A DNA stretch of 64,000 bases. It comes from Candidatus Obscuribacteraceae bacterium. GTDB lineage: Bacteria > Cyanobacteriota > Vampirovibrionia > Obscuribacterales > Obscuribacteraceae. Under the pieces are notes generated by a model, which worked only from the letters and a program-made list of their open reading frames with translations, ran no database searches and was not told where the DNA came from. The stretch spans positions 832,001 to 896,000 of the forward strand of contig JBGASG010000001.1 in the NCBI GenBank assembly GCA_044229845.1, in the 5' to 3' direction. The first letter of the stretch is position 1, and each line of letters opens with the position of its first letter. A program made the translations under genes and the position numbers. Below are positions 48,422 to 57,698 of the stretch, piece by piece.

Positions 48422-49057
48422 ATGGATGATCCGGTCCCGGCTGTGTGCAGCAAGAAAACCTACGTATGGGCGATTCTGGCGGCATTGTGCATCAGTGTTT
48501 GCCTGCTTTCGCTCCGAATACACATGAACTGGGACGGGACGGCATGGCAGCTTCCCACTCCTGTGGTTACTTCAGACGATGTTCGATGGCGGGAAGCAAA
48601 TCAGCTTTATGATTCCGCGTTATTGCTGCGCATAGCTCACGTAGTCTTCGATCCCAATTCCACCTTTTTGCTTATGCCCTTCGTGCTCTGTCTCATGGTT
48701 GCTCATGCCGCGGTGATTAATCCAACGCGCTCGCTCTGGCGTTTCGTGATGAGCTTTCTGCGCCACTATGCAATCGTTTTTTTTGGCATGTTCATGTTAA
48801 TCGCACTGTTGGGGCGCAGCGTTCAGAGCATAGATGCTGGATTGATGTCACTGACCGTCTTTTCGTTCGTTTCGATCATGCCTCTTTGTGTGGTGCTGGC
48901 GGCTTTTGCTCCATTCGAGTGGACGGCCGAGCGCAGGAAATCCGATGATGACGAGACAAAGCCGGAGTTCAAACTCGAGATTAGACCCGCGAGCAAGGCT
49001 CAAGAAGGGCAGTACATCAAAGTGCGCATCAGAGAAAAGGCGGAAATTACCGGCTGA
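48422..49057 (+). CDS. Membrane hypothetical protein
   Basis: About four hydrophobic helices. Confidence 0.6.
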   Translation: MDDPVPAVCSKKTYVWAILAALCISVCLLSLRIHMNWDGTAWQLPTPVVTSDDVRWREANQLYDSALLLRIAHVVFDPNSTFLLMPFVLCLMVAHAAVINPTRSLWRFVMSFLRHYAIVFFGMFMLIALLGRSVQSIDAGLMSLTVFSFVSIMPLCVVLAAFAPFEWTAERRKSDDDETKPEFKLEIRPASKAQEGQYIKVRIREKAEITG

Positions 49058-49119
49058 TTTCGAAATACAATTTGCCGCAAAGGACGCGCGAGGGGGCTCA
49101 CATCAGCCGCTTAGAAAAA

Positions 49120-49253
49120 TGTTGATCTATATGATAACAGCGAGAGTCGACGCTTTCGACAGAGGCTGTAGGCGAAAGCCAATAGGGATGGGCTTTCTCG
49201 GTCGCTGCCAGACACTCTTGAGCCGGGTGAGCCTATTATCGTATAGATCAACA
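49120..49253. ncRNA. Candidate structured ncRNA between convergent genes
   Basis: 18-bp IR (one G-U) enclosing CAGCGA/TCGCTG, GTCGA/TCGAC and GAAAGCC/GGCTTTC stems. Confidence 0.45.
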
Positions 49254-49350
49254 ATTTCCCAGGCGCTATTGGAGACACTCACGTTCCGTTACGCAGGGAT
49301 ATTTTCCCAAGTTATGTTGCAATCAAAGGCGGTGCGGTGCGTCACTTAAC

Positions 49351-50556
49351 CTAGTCGGTGGAGGCGCTCGGTTCTGTGCCCGACGTCGGGGATTGCGGCG
49401 AGTTAGGAGCACTGGGTGCACCGGACGAACTGGATGCGGTTATGCGCTTGCTCCAGTTTTTCGCGTAGTCGATCGTGTTTTTCGACATGCGAATCGGCGA
49501 GTAATGTTCGATGCTGGTTTTCAGCCAGGATGAGGCAACCGGCTTAGCGCTCTCAGCCTCGGTGGCACCGGCAACCAGCGCGTTGTCCTCGGCCGTCACC
49601 TTGGGAGCAGTAGCCAGCCAATCATCGACGATGCCGACGACTCCCATGTCGACGTCTTGCGACTCGAGCATTAAGTGTCCCTTGTTGGGCAATTCGTGGA
49701 TGCTGACATTATCGCTGCCGATACGCTTCGCCCATTTATTGATGGCTGAGGTCTTGAACACGGCATCCTCATCGCCCGCGACAATCATGATTGGTCTGTC
49801 GGAAGGAATGTTCTTCACCTTTTGAATCGATTCTTTATTCGTCAGCGCGACTTTGATCAATTCGATGGGCGAGAGTTCCTTGCAGATCAGCGGGTCCTTC
49901 AAACAAGTTTGAGTCACTTGTCTGTCGTTCGAGAGGTAGGGAGTGATGTACGGCTCCAGGTTCATCGGCTTCTTCGGATGTCTTAGTCCGTGGAAGAAAT
50001 CTACCACCATGCGCGGTTGCGGATGGATGCGAGTCTTGACGCCGGGCGCGAAAACAACGGCTCCGTCGAAGAGCTGTCCGCCTTCTTCCGACATAGACCA
50101 GAGGGCATAGTTGGCACCCAGGCTCTCGCCCAAAACAATCATTCGCGAGTCGGGATTCTCTGCTCGCAGTTTCTTCGCCAGGCGAGTCAGGTCGTCTTTG
50201 CTCTGCGTGAAGTGCACTTGATCGTCGCCGCCGAATTTCGCGTAATCGGTCTTCCAGCGCCCGAAGCCACGCAGATCGCAAGCGTAGAATTTGAACCCTT
50301 CTGAAGCAAGGTGTCTCGCCAGTTTGTCGTAAGCATCGGCATAAAACGTCAGTCCATGAATGGCGACGATGATTCCTCTTTGCGGAACGCTGGTGTCAAC
50401 CCATTCATAGACCGGCAGATTCAGTTCTTCGCCGACTTTGCTGTCGACGTAGCAGACCGGTTCTGCCGAGGCGCCGGTCGTCGAAATCGAGACCGTGGCG
50501 CTAAGCGCCGAGAATATTGCCAATGCCATGACGGCGCTATTGAAGAGCTTACGCAT
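49351..50556 (-). CDS. Exported alpha/beta hydrolase (lysophospholipase-like)
   Basis: IHGL, DLRGFG, GESLG nucleophile, GDED and GH motifs. Confidence 0.9.
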   Translation of the reverse strand: MRKLFNSAVMALAIFSALSATVSISTTGASAEPVCYVDSKVGEELNLPVYEWVDTSVPQRGIIVAIHGLTFYADAYDKLARHLASEGFKFYACDLRGFGRWKTDYAKFGGDDQVHFTQSKDDLTRLAKKLRAENPDSRMIVLGESLGANYALWSMSEEGGQLFDGAVVFAPGVKTRIHPQPRMVVDFFHGLRHPKKPMNLEPYITPYLSNDRQVTQTCLKDPLICKELSPIELIKVALTNKESIQKVKNIPSDRPIMIVAGDEDAVFKTSAINKWAKRIGSDNVSIHELPNKGHLMLESQDVDMGVVGIVDDWLATAPKVTAEDNALVAGATEAESAKPVASSWLKTSIEHYSPIRMSKNTIDYAKNWSKRITASSSSGAPSAPNSPQSPTSGTEPSASTD

Positions 50557-50690
50557 TTTGTCTTTTAGCGGAGAAGGGGTACTTGTCGAGCATAACCCTT
50601 GTTATACCCACCGTCAATCGCTCCCAGGGTCTGCAGGGTGCATTGTTGCGTTATTGCAGCCACTTGGCTAGCGGCGGGATTCGAGGTTCG

Positions 50691-51515
50691 TCAGCTATCT
50701 TGTGACAACCGGCGGAAGACACGACGAGCCTTTTCCGCATCTTCCTTATCTTCTGGACGCATCAGCGTTTCCAGCACTTGCAAAACATTGGTTCTGATAT
50801 CGGCAGCAGGTGCGCGTTGAAATGCTGTCTCCAGAAGTAAGAGCGCTCGGTCCATGCTGAACTTGCGTGCCTGCAGCGCCAGTTCGAATAAAACGTCTGC
50901 GTCGGCATGATGCGCGTAGCGGTCGCACCACATATCGAGCCGCTCTGGGTAGTGTTCGCACAGATACCTGATCGCGACCATTGCCTTGTTGTTCGAGTAG
51001 TCGGCAGCGTTGCGTTCGAGAATGTCGCAAGCCAGATCGCGCACGGCATCTTGGCGCTCCAGCCGATATAGCGTGCCGATGTTGTCTTCATCGATCAATT
51101 GCTGGCGCTCGGACAGCGAGATGGAAGCAACGTGCCGCAGAACATCCGCAAATCTGCACGCGTCGGCGGCTCCCAGTTGCAATTCGCTCTTCAAACGCAA
51201 TTTGATAGCCAGTCTTGACTCGATCCAGACTTCCATCTTGTCGTGCGCGAAGTAGTATCCATTTTTGTCTTTTTCCCACTCATCGCGTGTTGGCCGTTTC
51301 TCCAGCCCACCGGGGACCAGGACTTTACTCAGGTCGGTCAGGGCGTCGGCAAGCTGTATTGCTTCCTCTGGCGCCAGGTCATGGACTTCATCGGCGTTGT
51401 CATCAGAAGCTGAAAACACTTCGTCGGCCAGCCGCAAACAAATAGTCGAATGCGCGACCCACGCATCGATCTTGTTTCCGATGCAGACGGTGGCTTTGTC
51501 TTGCTGGCGACTCAT
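50691..51515 (-). CDS. Hypothetical protein
   Basis: 274-aa ORF with helical C-terminus. Confidence 0.6.
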   Translation of the reverse strand: MSRQQDKATVCIGNKIDAWVAHSTICLRLADEVFSASDDNADEVHDLAPEEAIQLADALTDLSKVLVPGGLEKRPTRDEWEKDKNGYYFAHDKMEVWIESRLAIKLRLKSELQLGAADACRFADVLRHVASISLSERQQLIDEDNIGTLYRLERQDAVRDLACDILERNAADYSNNKAMVAIRYLCEHYPERLDMWCDRYAHHADADVLFELALQARKFSMDRALLLLETAFQRAPAADIRTNVLQVLETLMRPEDKEDAEKARRVFRRLSQDS

Positions 51516-51539
51516 GCCTTGAGCCTATCAGATTTTGAA

Positions 51540-52529
51540 TTACTTGGGCGACTTTGTCGGTCTGAAGGTTACCGAAGTCCAGTCAAAGGGTGGAATCAAA
51601 AGCCCGTCATTGCGACGAATTTCTTCGAGCACCAGTCGATCTCTTGCCGGGCAAGAAACGTCACTTTGCTGTGCCTTCGGCGGCGTTGCCTCGCTCGGAA
51701 GCGGTGGCAGTCCGGCGATGCAGAAACTGCCGGGCGCGGAGCGCACGTGAGTGTATGTAATGGTAAAAGGTTTTTCGCGCTCCTGTTTAAGAAACGAACG
51801 CACGTCTTCGACCGGGCGGTAATACGAGATGCTGACACCATCGCGCGATGCGATATCGGCAACGCCGATCACTTTGCCCTCGCTGTTGAGCAGCGGTCCG
51901 CCGGAGTTGCCGCGCTCGACGTGCACATCGCCTTCGATGACTTTGCCGGACAGCGCTTTCAGCCAGTTGTCTTTCTCCAGACTGTTGGCGGATTTGAATT
52001 TGGCGGCGATGGCGTTCTTGTCCACGAGGTCGTAGATCGTTACGTGTGCGTTGTAATCGCCGGGAGAGAGGTACGCTGTGCTGAATCCTTTCGGATAGCC
52101 GATTGAGTACACAGGCTGATCGGGAGCCATTTTAGAATCGTCGGCGAGCTTGAGATAAGGTTGCTTGCTGCCGTCGAATTCTTCAAGTTGCAGGCGCGCC
52201 AGGTCGGTGGTATCAGAGATGTCGACGATGCGGGCGCGGTAAGCTTTGCCGTTCATGGTGACGGCGAAGGTTTCTCTAGCGTTGAGCACCACATGCGCGG
52301 CGGTGAGAATTTCGCCATGGTCGTTGATGAAGAAACCAGAGCCGGTGCCTTTATCTGTCTTTAGTTGAACGACCGCCGGATTCACATCTTCATACATTTT
52401 GCGCAGAGCGGCATCCTGTACTTGCGCCGCCGCATCTGGTGGCGAAAGCGGTACATCTTTGCTGAGTAGTGGAATTCGTGTCTGGTCGGACATGGCGGTA
52501 AGTGCTCTCTTCTGTGTTGTGTCTTCCAT
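51540..52529 (-). CDS. Trypsin-like serine protease (HtrA-like, no PDZ)
   Basis: GSGF, TAAHV, DLA and GNSGGP motifs. Confidence 0.9.
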   Translation of the reverse strand: MEDTTQKRALTAMSDQTRIPLLSKDVPLSPPDAAAQVQDAALRKMYEDVNPAVVQLKTDKGTGSGFFINDHGEILTAAHVVLNARETFAVTMNGKAYRARIVDISDTTDLARLQLEEFDGSKQPYLKLADDSKMAPDQPVYSIGYPKGFSTAYLSPGDYNAHVTIYDLVDKNAIAAKFKSANSLEKDNWLKALSGKVIEGDVHVERGNSGGPLLNSEGKVIGVADIASRDGVSISYYRPVEDVRSFLKQEREKPFTITYTHVRSAPGSFCIAGLPPLPSEATPPKAQQSDVSCPARDRLVLEEIRRNDGLLIPPFDWTSVTFRPTKSPK

Positions 52530-52580
52530 GGAGGCGAGGCGTGCCCGCAGGCACGCCCACTCTCCATGTTCAACCGAACC

Positions 52581-53681
52581 CTATTTTGTGGGAGCGGCAG
52601 GTTGCGGCACTTCGCCCGGTCTCGGTACATTGATGAACGGAATGGGAGTGCCACCACCCTGGTAGACGGGCACTTTGCCATCCCATTTTTCGATGGCGTT
52701 GAGATCAATCAATGCCGGGTTCACCTTCAGTGCTTCGGCGCGGCGACGGATTGCTTCGGCTTCCGCCTTGCTGCGCACTTCGGTGGCATAGGCTTCGCCG
52801 TCGGCTTTCGCCTTCATGGCTTCACGCAAGCCTTCGGCTTCGGTGATTCGTTGTTTCTTCTCTGACTCGGCGCGCAGTGCATCTTGCGCTGCCTTCACTT
52901 TTAGCTCGATGCTCTTATTGTATTCATCGGAGAATTTGAAGTCGGTGATGGCGATCACACCAATTGAGAGTGCGTTCTCCAGTCCGCGTTCTTTGAGTGC
53001 GGTGGCGATGTACTCCTTCAGTGCTTGCTCAACTTCTTCCTTCACGTGTTGGCGTTTGGTGATCAGTTCTTCCGCCGTGTAGCGGGCGCAGACTGCCTTC
53101 AGGCACTCCAGAACACCAGGATTGATGACGACGGCTTCCACTTTTTCCAGAGTGCCGATCTTCTGGAATACTTGCGGACCATGTCCGGCATTCATGTGGA
53201 ACGGCACCGTTACCTGGGTCGTAACCTGTTGCAAGTCGTGCGAACCAGCCTGCGCACGAACGGTATTGGCAATCAGGTTAGTCGGCATCATATAAACATG
53301 TTGCCACGGCCATTTTGCATGCAGTCCGGGCTCCAACGCATCCTTATATACGTGCCCAAACGAGGTCAGCACGCCTTCGCCTTGTGCCGGGATTTTTGCT
53401 GCCACCACGGCGTTGTAACCGCCGACTTCAATCTCTGCCGGGTGCAGGTTGTCTTGTCCTTGCTGCGGATCATTTACCAGGGTCAGCCCCGGTACATTGT
53501 CCGTGGTACCGGCAGCGGTGGCGGTCATCGCCGTCCAGGCATCTCTCTGCTCGGTTGCGGACGTGCCGGCGAATTGATTGTGCAGGGGTTGGGGCTGCTC
53601 CGCCGCACGTTCTTCGAGATCTTTGGCGATCATGTCCATGATGCTGGGTTGTGCCGGTGCTTGTGTGATAACTTCTGTCAT
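52581..53681 (-). CDS. SPFH/prohibitin-family protein
   Basis: PGLH..WP, DLQQV, YTAEELITKR and IEKWDG motifs; GGAGG RBS before ATG 53681. Confidence 0.88.
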   Translation of the reverse strand: MTEVITQAPAQPSIMDMIAKDLEERAAEQPQPLHNQFAGTSATEQRDAWTAMTATAAGTTDNVPGLTLVNDPQQGQDNLHPAEIEVGGYNAVVAAKIPAQGEGVLTSFGHVYKDALEPGLHAKWPWQHVYMMPTNLIANTVRAQAGSHDLQQVTTQVTVPFHMNAGHGPQVFQKIGTLEKVEAVVINPGVLECLKAVCARYTAEELITKRQHVKEEVEQALKEYIATALKERGLENALSIGVIAITDFKFSDEYNKSIELKVKAAQDALRAESEKKQRITEAEGLREAMKAKADGEAYATEVRSKAEAEAIRRRAEALKVNPALIDLNAIEKWDGKVPVYQGGGTPIPFINVPRPGEVPQPAAPTK

Positions 53682-54207
53682 GATTGATTCCTCCCGGTTG
53701 CAGCACAAGGTGCCGCTAAGTAAGAGCGGTGAATAGGTGGTGGTGACTGCCGTGCGAATGCTTGCCATGCGAGCTCCGGCATGGCATGAGGTTATTGACG
53801 CGTGCAACATCGCAAGCCGGAGAGACGCAGCCGACTTCGCGCAACGGCGGCAGGCAGCGGTAAGCTGCAAGCATCGCGTTGCACCGGAAGCTCTGCAGGC
53901 TACCGTGCTTTTGATTTATTCCGCATCAGGACGCAGTGACAGGCACCCTTCAGGGTGTCTTAGTTGATTGGGTTGATGGAGAGTTATTCAGGTCAATGAT
54001 GGTGGCAATGAGCCACCGACGACATAAGGTGGCGAGATTTTACTCGTCTTCGCTCGGACAGGTTGAACGAATTTGCTGGGACATAGCACCCCCTAAACCG
54101 ACAACGCCAGTTGTGATCATTTATGAGCCGGACCCAGTTAACAGCCGATAGTAATTGAACATATACGAGTCGCCGTTTCTTTTGACAAACTAATCATGAA
54201 ATCCGCT

Positions 54208-56745
54208 TTACTTCCAGTCGAGTGTTTGCGAGCAGCATATATCGCGGCTCGACGCACCAAACGCGATTTCGTACTTGCCGGCGGGCGACACCCACTGGTG
54301 CGCTTTCGCATCATATATAGAGAACGATTCGGCATTCAGAGGCAGCGTCACTGTTTTGGTTTCTCCAGGAGCCAGCACCACGCGAGCGAATCCTTTGAGT
54401 TCTTGATTCGGTCTGTCTACGGTGCTGCCGATTGGGCGCACGTACATCTGCACCACTTCGGCGCCGGGGCGCGCACCGGTATTGGTGACGTCAACCGACG
54501 CGGTCATGGGCTGCCCTGTTTCGTGACTGAGCTTCGCGTTGTTCATTGCGAATGTCGTGTACGACAAGCCGTAGCCAAACGGATACAGAGGTTCGATGTG
54601 CTTCTTATCGTAGTGCCGGTAGCCGACGTAGATGCCCTCGGCGTATTTGAGTGTGCCACCGTCCGCGGGGTCGCCGGGATAGTTGCCGAATGCGGGCGAG
54701 TCTTCCCATCTGCGCTCGAAGGTGTCCGGCAACCGGCCGCTTGGATTGAGGTCGCCGAATATGGTTTCGGCGACGGCGGTGTAGCCGTGTTGTCCGGGAT
54801 ACCAGGCATGGAGCAGAGCCGGAACCTTGTCCGCGCTGCCCTGCATGAGTACATTGCCGCCGGCATTGATTACCGCTACGGTGCGGGGATTGAGTTGAGA
54901 AACTTGCTTGAGCAACTCCTGTTGGTCCGCCGGCAAGTCGAGCGAGCGGTCGAATCCTTCGGACTCCAGTGCTGCGTTGAAACCAACAGCTGCCACCACA
55001 ACGTCGGCTGCTTCGATAGCTTTCTTTTGTTCCGGCGAAAAGTCTTTTGTGCATTTGTTGAAAGCAAACTGCATCACCGCTTGCTCCGCCGAGTCGTGCT
55101 TGTATTCGATGACGACAGTACGAGTCTCGCCCGCTTTCATTGAGAGGCTCTGAATCAAGCGCTTGGCGTTCGGGCTATAACCTAGATTGAAGTATGGCTG
55201 ACCTTCCACTGCAATGCGGGCGTTATCGCTGGCAAATGCCAGGTCGTACTCGTCGGTTTGCGGCGCCTTGATTTTGAATGTCCAGCGAGCCGAGAACGGT
55301 TTCTTCAACGGCAGCGGTTTTGGCTGCCACTCCGCCCATTGATGATCGATGATAGTTTCGTAGTCGGTCAAGACCGGCGGTCCTGCCAGCGAATTATTGG
55401 CGAAGTACTCGACTTTGGCCGCTGACAATCCGTTTTCCGGCAGCGGTTCAAATGGTATCTTATTGATGGCGAGATTCAGTGCTTTTGTCGGATCGGGACC
55501 GACCCACGTCGGAATGTACACGACTTCGGTGTTAGGTCCGGCGATGTCCTTCAACGCAAATTGCAATCCCACGCTTTTGAAAGGTTGCGTGTAACTGCTG
55601 CCACCACCGCTTATTACAGGCGGCCAGACGTTGGGACCGAGCACCACCAGTTTGCGGATTTTGATTTTATCGAGAGGCAGGAAGTTGTTTTGATTTTTCA
55701 GCAGCACCAATCCTTCGCGTGCCACTTGCAGAGCCACCGCATCACTTGTCGGGTCATCGAGCGGGATCGATTTGTCTTCCTGCTTGTTGTCGAACCACCC
55801 CATGGCGACCGAAGGGCGCAGCACATTGCTGACCCTCTCGTCGAGAACAGCTTCCGATAATTTTCCGTCACGCAAGAAACCTTTAATCGTGTCGTACTTG
55901 TAGAACTCACGCGTGCCCATCTCCAGATCGGTGCCCGCGGTGAGCGGTCCCAGTGCGTCATGCACCGCGCCCCAGTCTGAGATCATGGTGCCCTTGAAAC
56001 CCCACTGCTTGCGCAGCACGTCGTCGAGCAAGTACTTGTTGGCGGTGCACCAATCGCCGTTCACTTTATTGTATGCAGCCATCAGCGTCCACGAATTGGC
56101 GTCTTGCACGGCCGCTTTGAATGGTGGCAGGCAGATTTCGTGCAGGCGGCGTTCGTCTATGATTGTGTTGATGCTGCCGCGCTGGATTTCCTGATCGTTG
56201 GCGGCGTAGTGTTTGACGCATGCGGCGACGCGCTCGCCCTGGCATCCCTTGATCCAGGCTGACGTGATTGCGGCCGACAGGAAAGGGTCCTCGCCGAAGT
56301 ATTCGAAGTTTCTTCCACACTGTGCGACGCGATAAAGATCGCAACCGGGTCCCAGCAGAATATGCACGCCGCGCGCCCGGCAATCTCGGCCCAGCGCTTT
56401 GCCGACGGCGCGTGCGGTATCAGTGTTCCACGTTGCGGCGAGCATGGCGCCAGCCGGATAGGCGGTGGACTTGCCCCACACGCGCACCCCGACGGGACCA
56501 TCACTGAACTTGAGTTGAGGTATCCCCAATCGCTCGATACCGGGCACTCCCATTTCGTCGCTGGTGCCTGAGAGTAAAAGTATCTTTTCGTCGACTGTCA
56601 TTTGCTTGACCAGGTTTTTCACCTGAGCTTCGACCTTGTCGTCGTCATAGGTGCTCTTCGCAGTAGCATCGTCGAGACAAGCGCCGGCAATCACAACGAT
56701 GCATGCAGAAATCAGCGCCGGCAGTTTGCGAAGCGAGTACGCCAT
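54208..56745 (-). CDS. GH3 beta-glucosidase with PA14 insertion and Fn3-like domain
   Basis: DGPVGVR, GRNFEYFGEDP, KHY, SDW, YVGYRHY and PFGYGLSYT motifs. Confidence 0.94.
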   Translation of the reverse strand: MAYSLRKLPALISACIVVIAGACLDDATAKSTYDDDKVEAQVKNLVKQMTVDEKILLLSGTSDEMGVPGIERLGIPQLKFSDGPVGVRVWGKSTAYPAGAMLAATWNTDTARAVGKALGRDCRARGVHILLGPGCDLYRVAQCGRNFEYFGEDPFLSAAITSAWIKGCQGERVAACVKHYAANDQEIQRGSINTIIDERRLHEICLPPFKAAVQDANSWTLMAAYNKVNGDWCTANKYLLDDVLRKQWGFKGTMISDWGAVHDALGPLTAGTDLEMGTREFYKYDTIKGFLRDGKLSEAVLDERVSNVLRPSVAMGWFDNKQEDKSIPLDDPTSDAVALQVAREGLVLLKNQNNFLPLDKIKIRKLVVLGPNVWPPVISGGGSSYTQPFKSVGLQFALKDIAGPNTEVVYIPTWVGPDPTKALNLAINKIPFEPLPENGLSAAKVEYFANNSLAGPPVLTDYETIIDHQWAEWQPKPLPLKKPFSARWTFKIKAPQTDEYDLAFASDNARIAVEGQPYFNLGYSPNAKRLIQSLSMKAGETRTVVIEYKHDSAEQAVMQFAFNKCTKDFSPEQKKAIEAADVVVAAVGFNAALESEGFDRSLDLPADQQELLKQVSQLNPRTVAVINAGGNVLMQGSADKVPALLHAWYPGQHGYTAVAETIFGDLNPSGRLPDTFERRWEDSPAFGNYPGDPADGGTLKYAEGIYVGYRHYDKKHIEPLYPFGYGLSYTTFAMNNAKLSHETGQPMTASVDVTNTGARPGAEVVQMYVRPIGSTVDRPNQELKGFARVVLAPGETKTVTLPLNAESFSIYDAKAHQWVSPAGKYEIAFGASSRDICCSQTLDWK

Positions 56746-56813
56746 AGTTTCATCCCCAGCTCAAACAACGTGTGCGTCGCATATTGTAGAGGAAACGGCT
56801 GCCAACAGATGCG

Positions 56814-57554
56814 CTATAGAGGTGTCATCTCGAAGATGGTGACCAGGGATGGTAGCGCCTGAATCACGAATCCGGTGATAAACAAAATGATGCCGGCGGT
56901 ACCGAATGTTTTTGGTGGCAGGTTGTCGGAATACCATTCGATGACCGGGCTGACTGATGTGACTACCAGGATCATGGTTGCGAAGGTGAGGCAGAACTTG
57001 ATCACCAGGAGCAATGTCTTCTGGTCGGCATGGGTGATACTGGCGCCGAACAGACCGGAGGCGAGAGCGAGACTGCCGAGGAACACCACCAGCAAAAGTT
57101 GTTTCCAGTGGAACTGAGGTTTTTTGCCTGACTGATAGACGAGTGTCGGCGATATTTTGACTTTGGGCAAAACGTAGGACATCGTGCACACCAGGCAGCC
57201 CATCAAGATGGCGAGCAGCGGCGATGCGAGCGGCCAGAGTGCGGCGGCCATTGCAACGCCTCGCACCATACCGGTACACATCAGAAACGCGTTGCTGTCA
57301 GGAACATTGCGTCCCGCTCTGTCCAGGTGCAGACCCAGCGGAATTCCAAATCCGAAACCGACGATCAGTGCAAATCTGAAACCCATCGGGACCAGGAAAA
57401 GCAAAACGATCAGAACGCTGTAGTTGATAATCTTGGTCAGGCGAGCAAGCGGACCATTCTCGCCGCCCAGCAAATCGTATGCCAGGTAGAGACCGCCCAT
57501 GACGTCGCACGTCATGCCGATGATCGTCACTATCGCCGAGAGATTGTTATCCAT
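56814..57554 (-). CDS. Polytopic membrane hypothetical protein
   Basis: About eight TM segments; likely start is ATG 57554 after AGGA. Confidence 0.7.
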   Translation of the reverse strand: MDNNLSAIVTIIGMTCDVMGGLYLAYDLLGGENGPLARLTKIINYSVLIVLLFLVPMGFRFALIVGFGFGIPLGLHLDRAGRNVPDSNAFLMCTGMVRGVAMAAALWPLASPLLAILMGCLVCTMSYVLPKVKISPTLVYQSGKKPQFHWKQLLLVVFLGSLALASGLFGASITHADQKTLLLVIKFCLTFATMILVVTSVSPVIEWYSDNLPPKTFGTAGIILFITGFVIQALPSLVTIFEMTPL

Positions 57555-57698
57555 TCCTACTGTTGACTTCGCCGCTTGCCTGGCGCCGCGCCTTTCGCTC
57601 CTATGGTAACCGACCTGTCGACTGTCGACTGATGAGGAAGTCATGAGTTCCATCTTCTATAATGTCGCAATTGTCTAGGTAGGCGGAGCGAACCGGAA

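Noticed and set aside
49207..49213. GCCAGAC shared with the retron ncRNA (12611-12617)
   Set aside because: A shared 7-mer between two elements of about 150 nt is expected by chance.
53682..54207. Possible ncRNA or small ORF in a roughly 525-bp gap
   Set aside because: Only short hairpins (e.g. 53941-53960) of the kind expected in GC-rich DNA; no supportable call.
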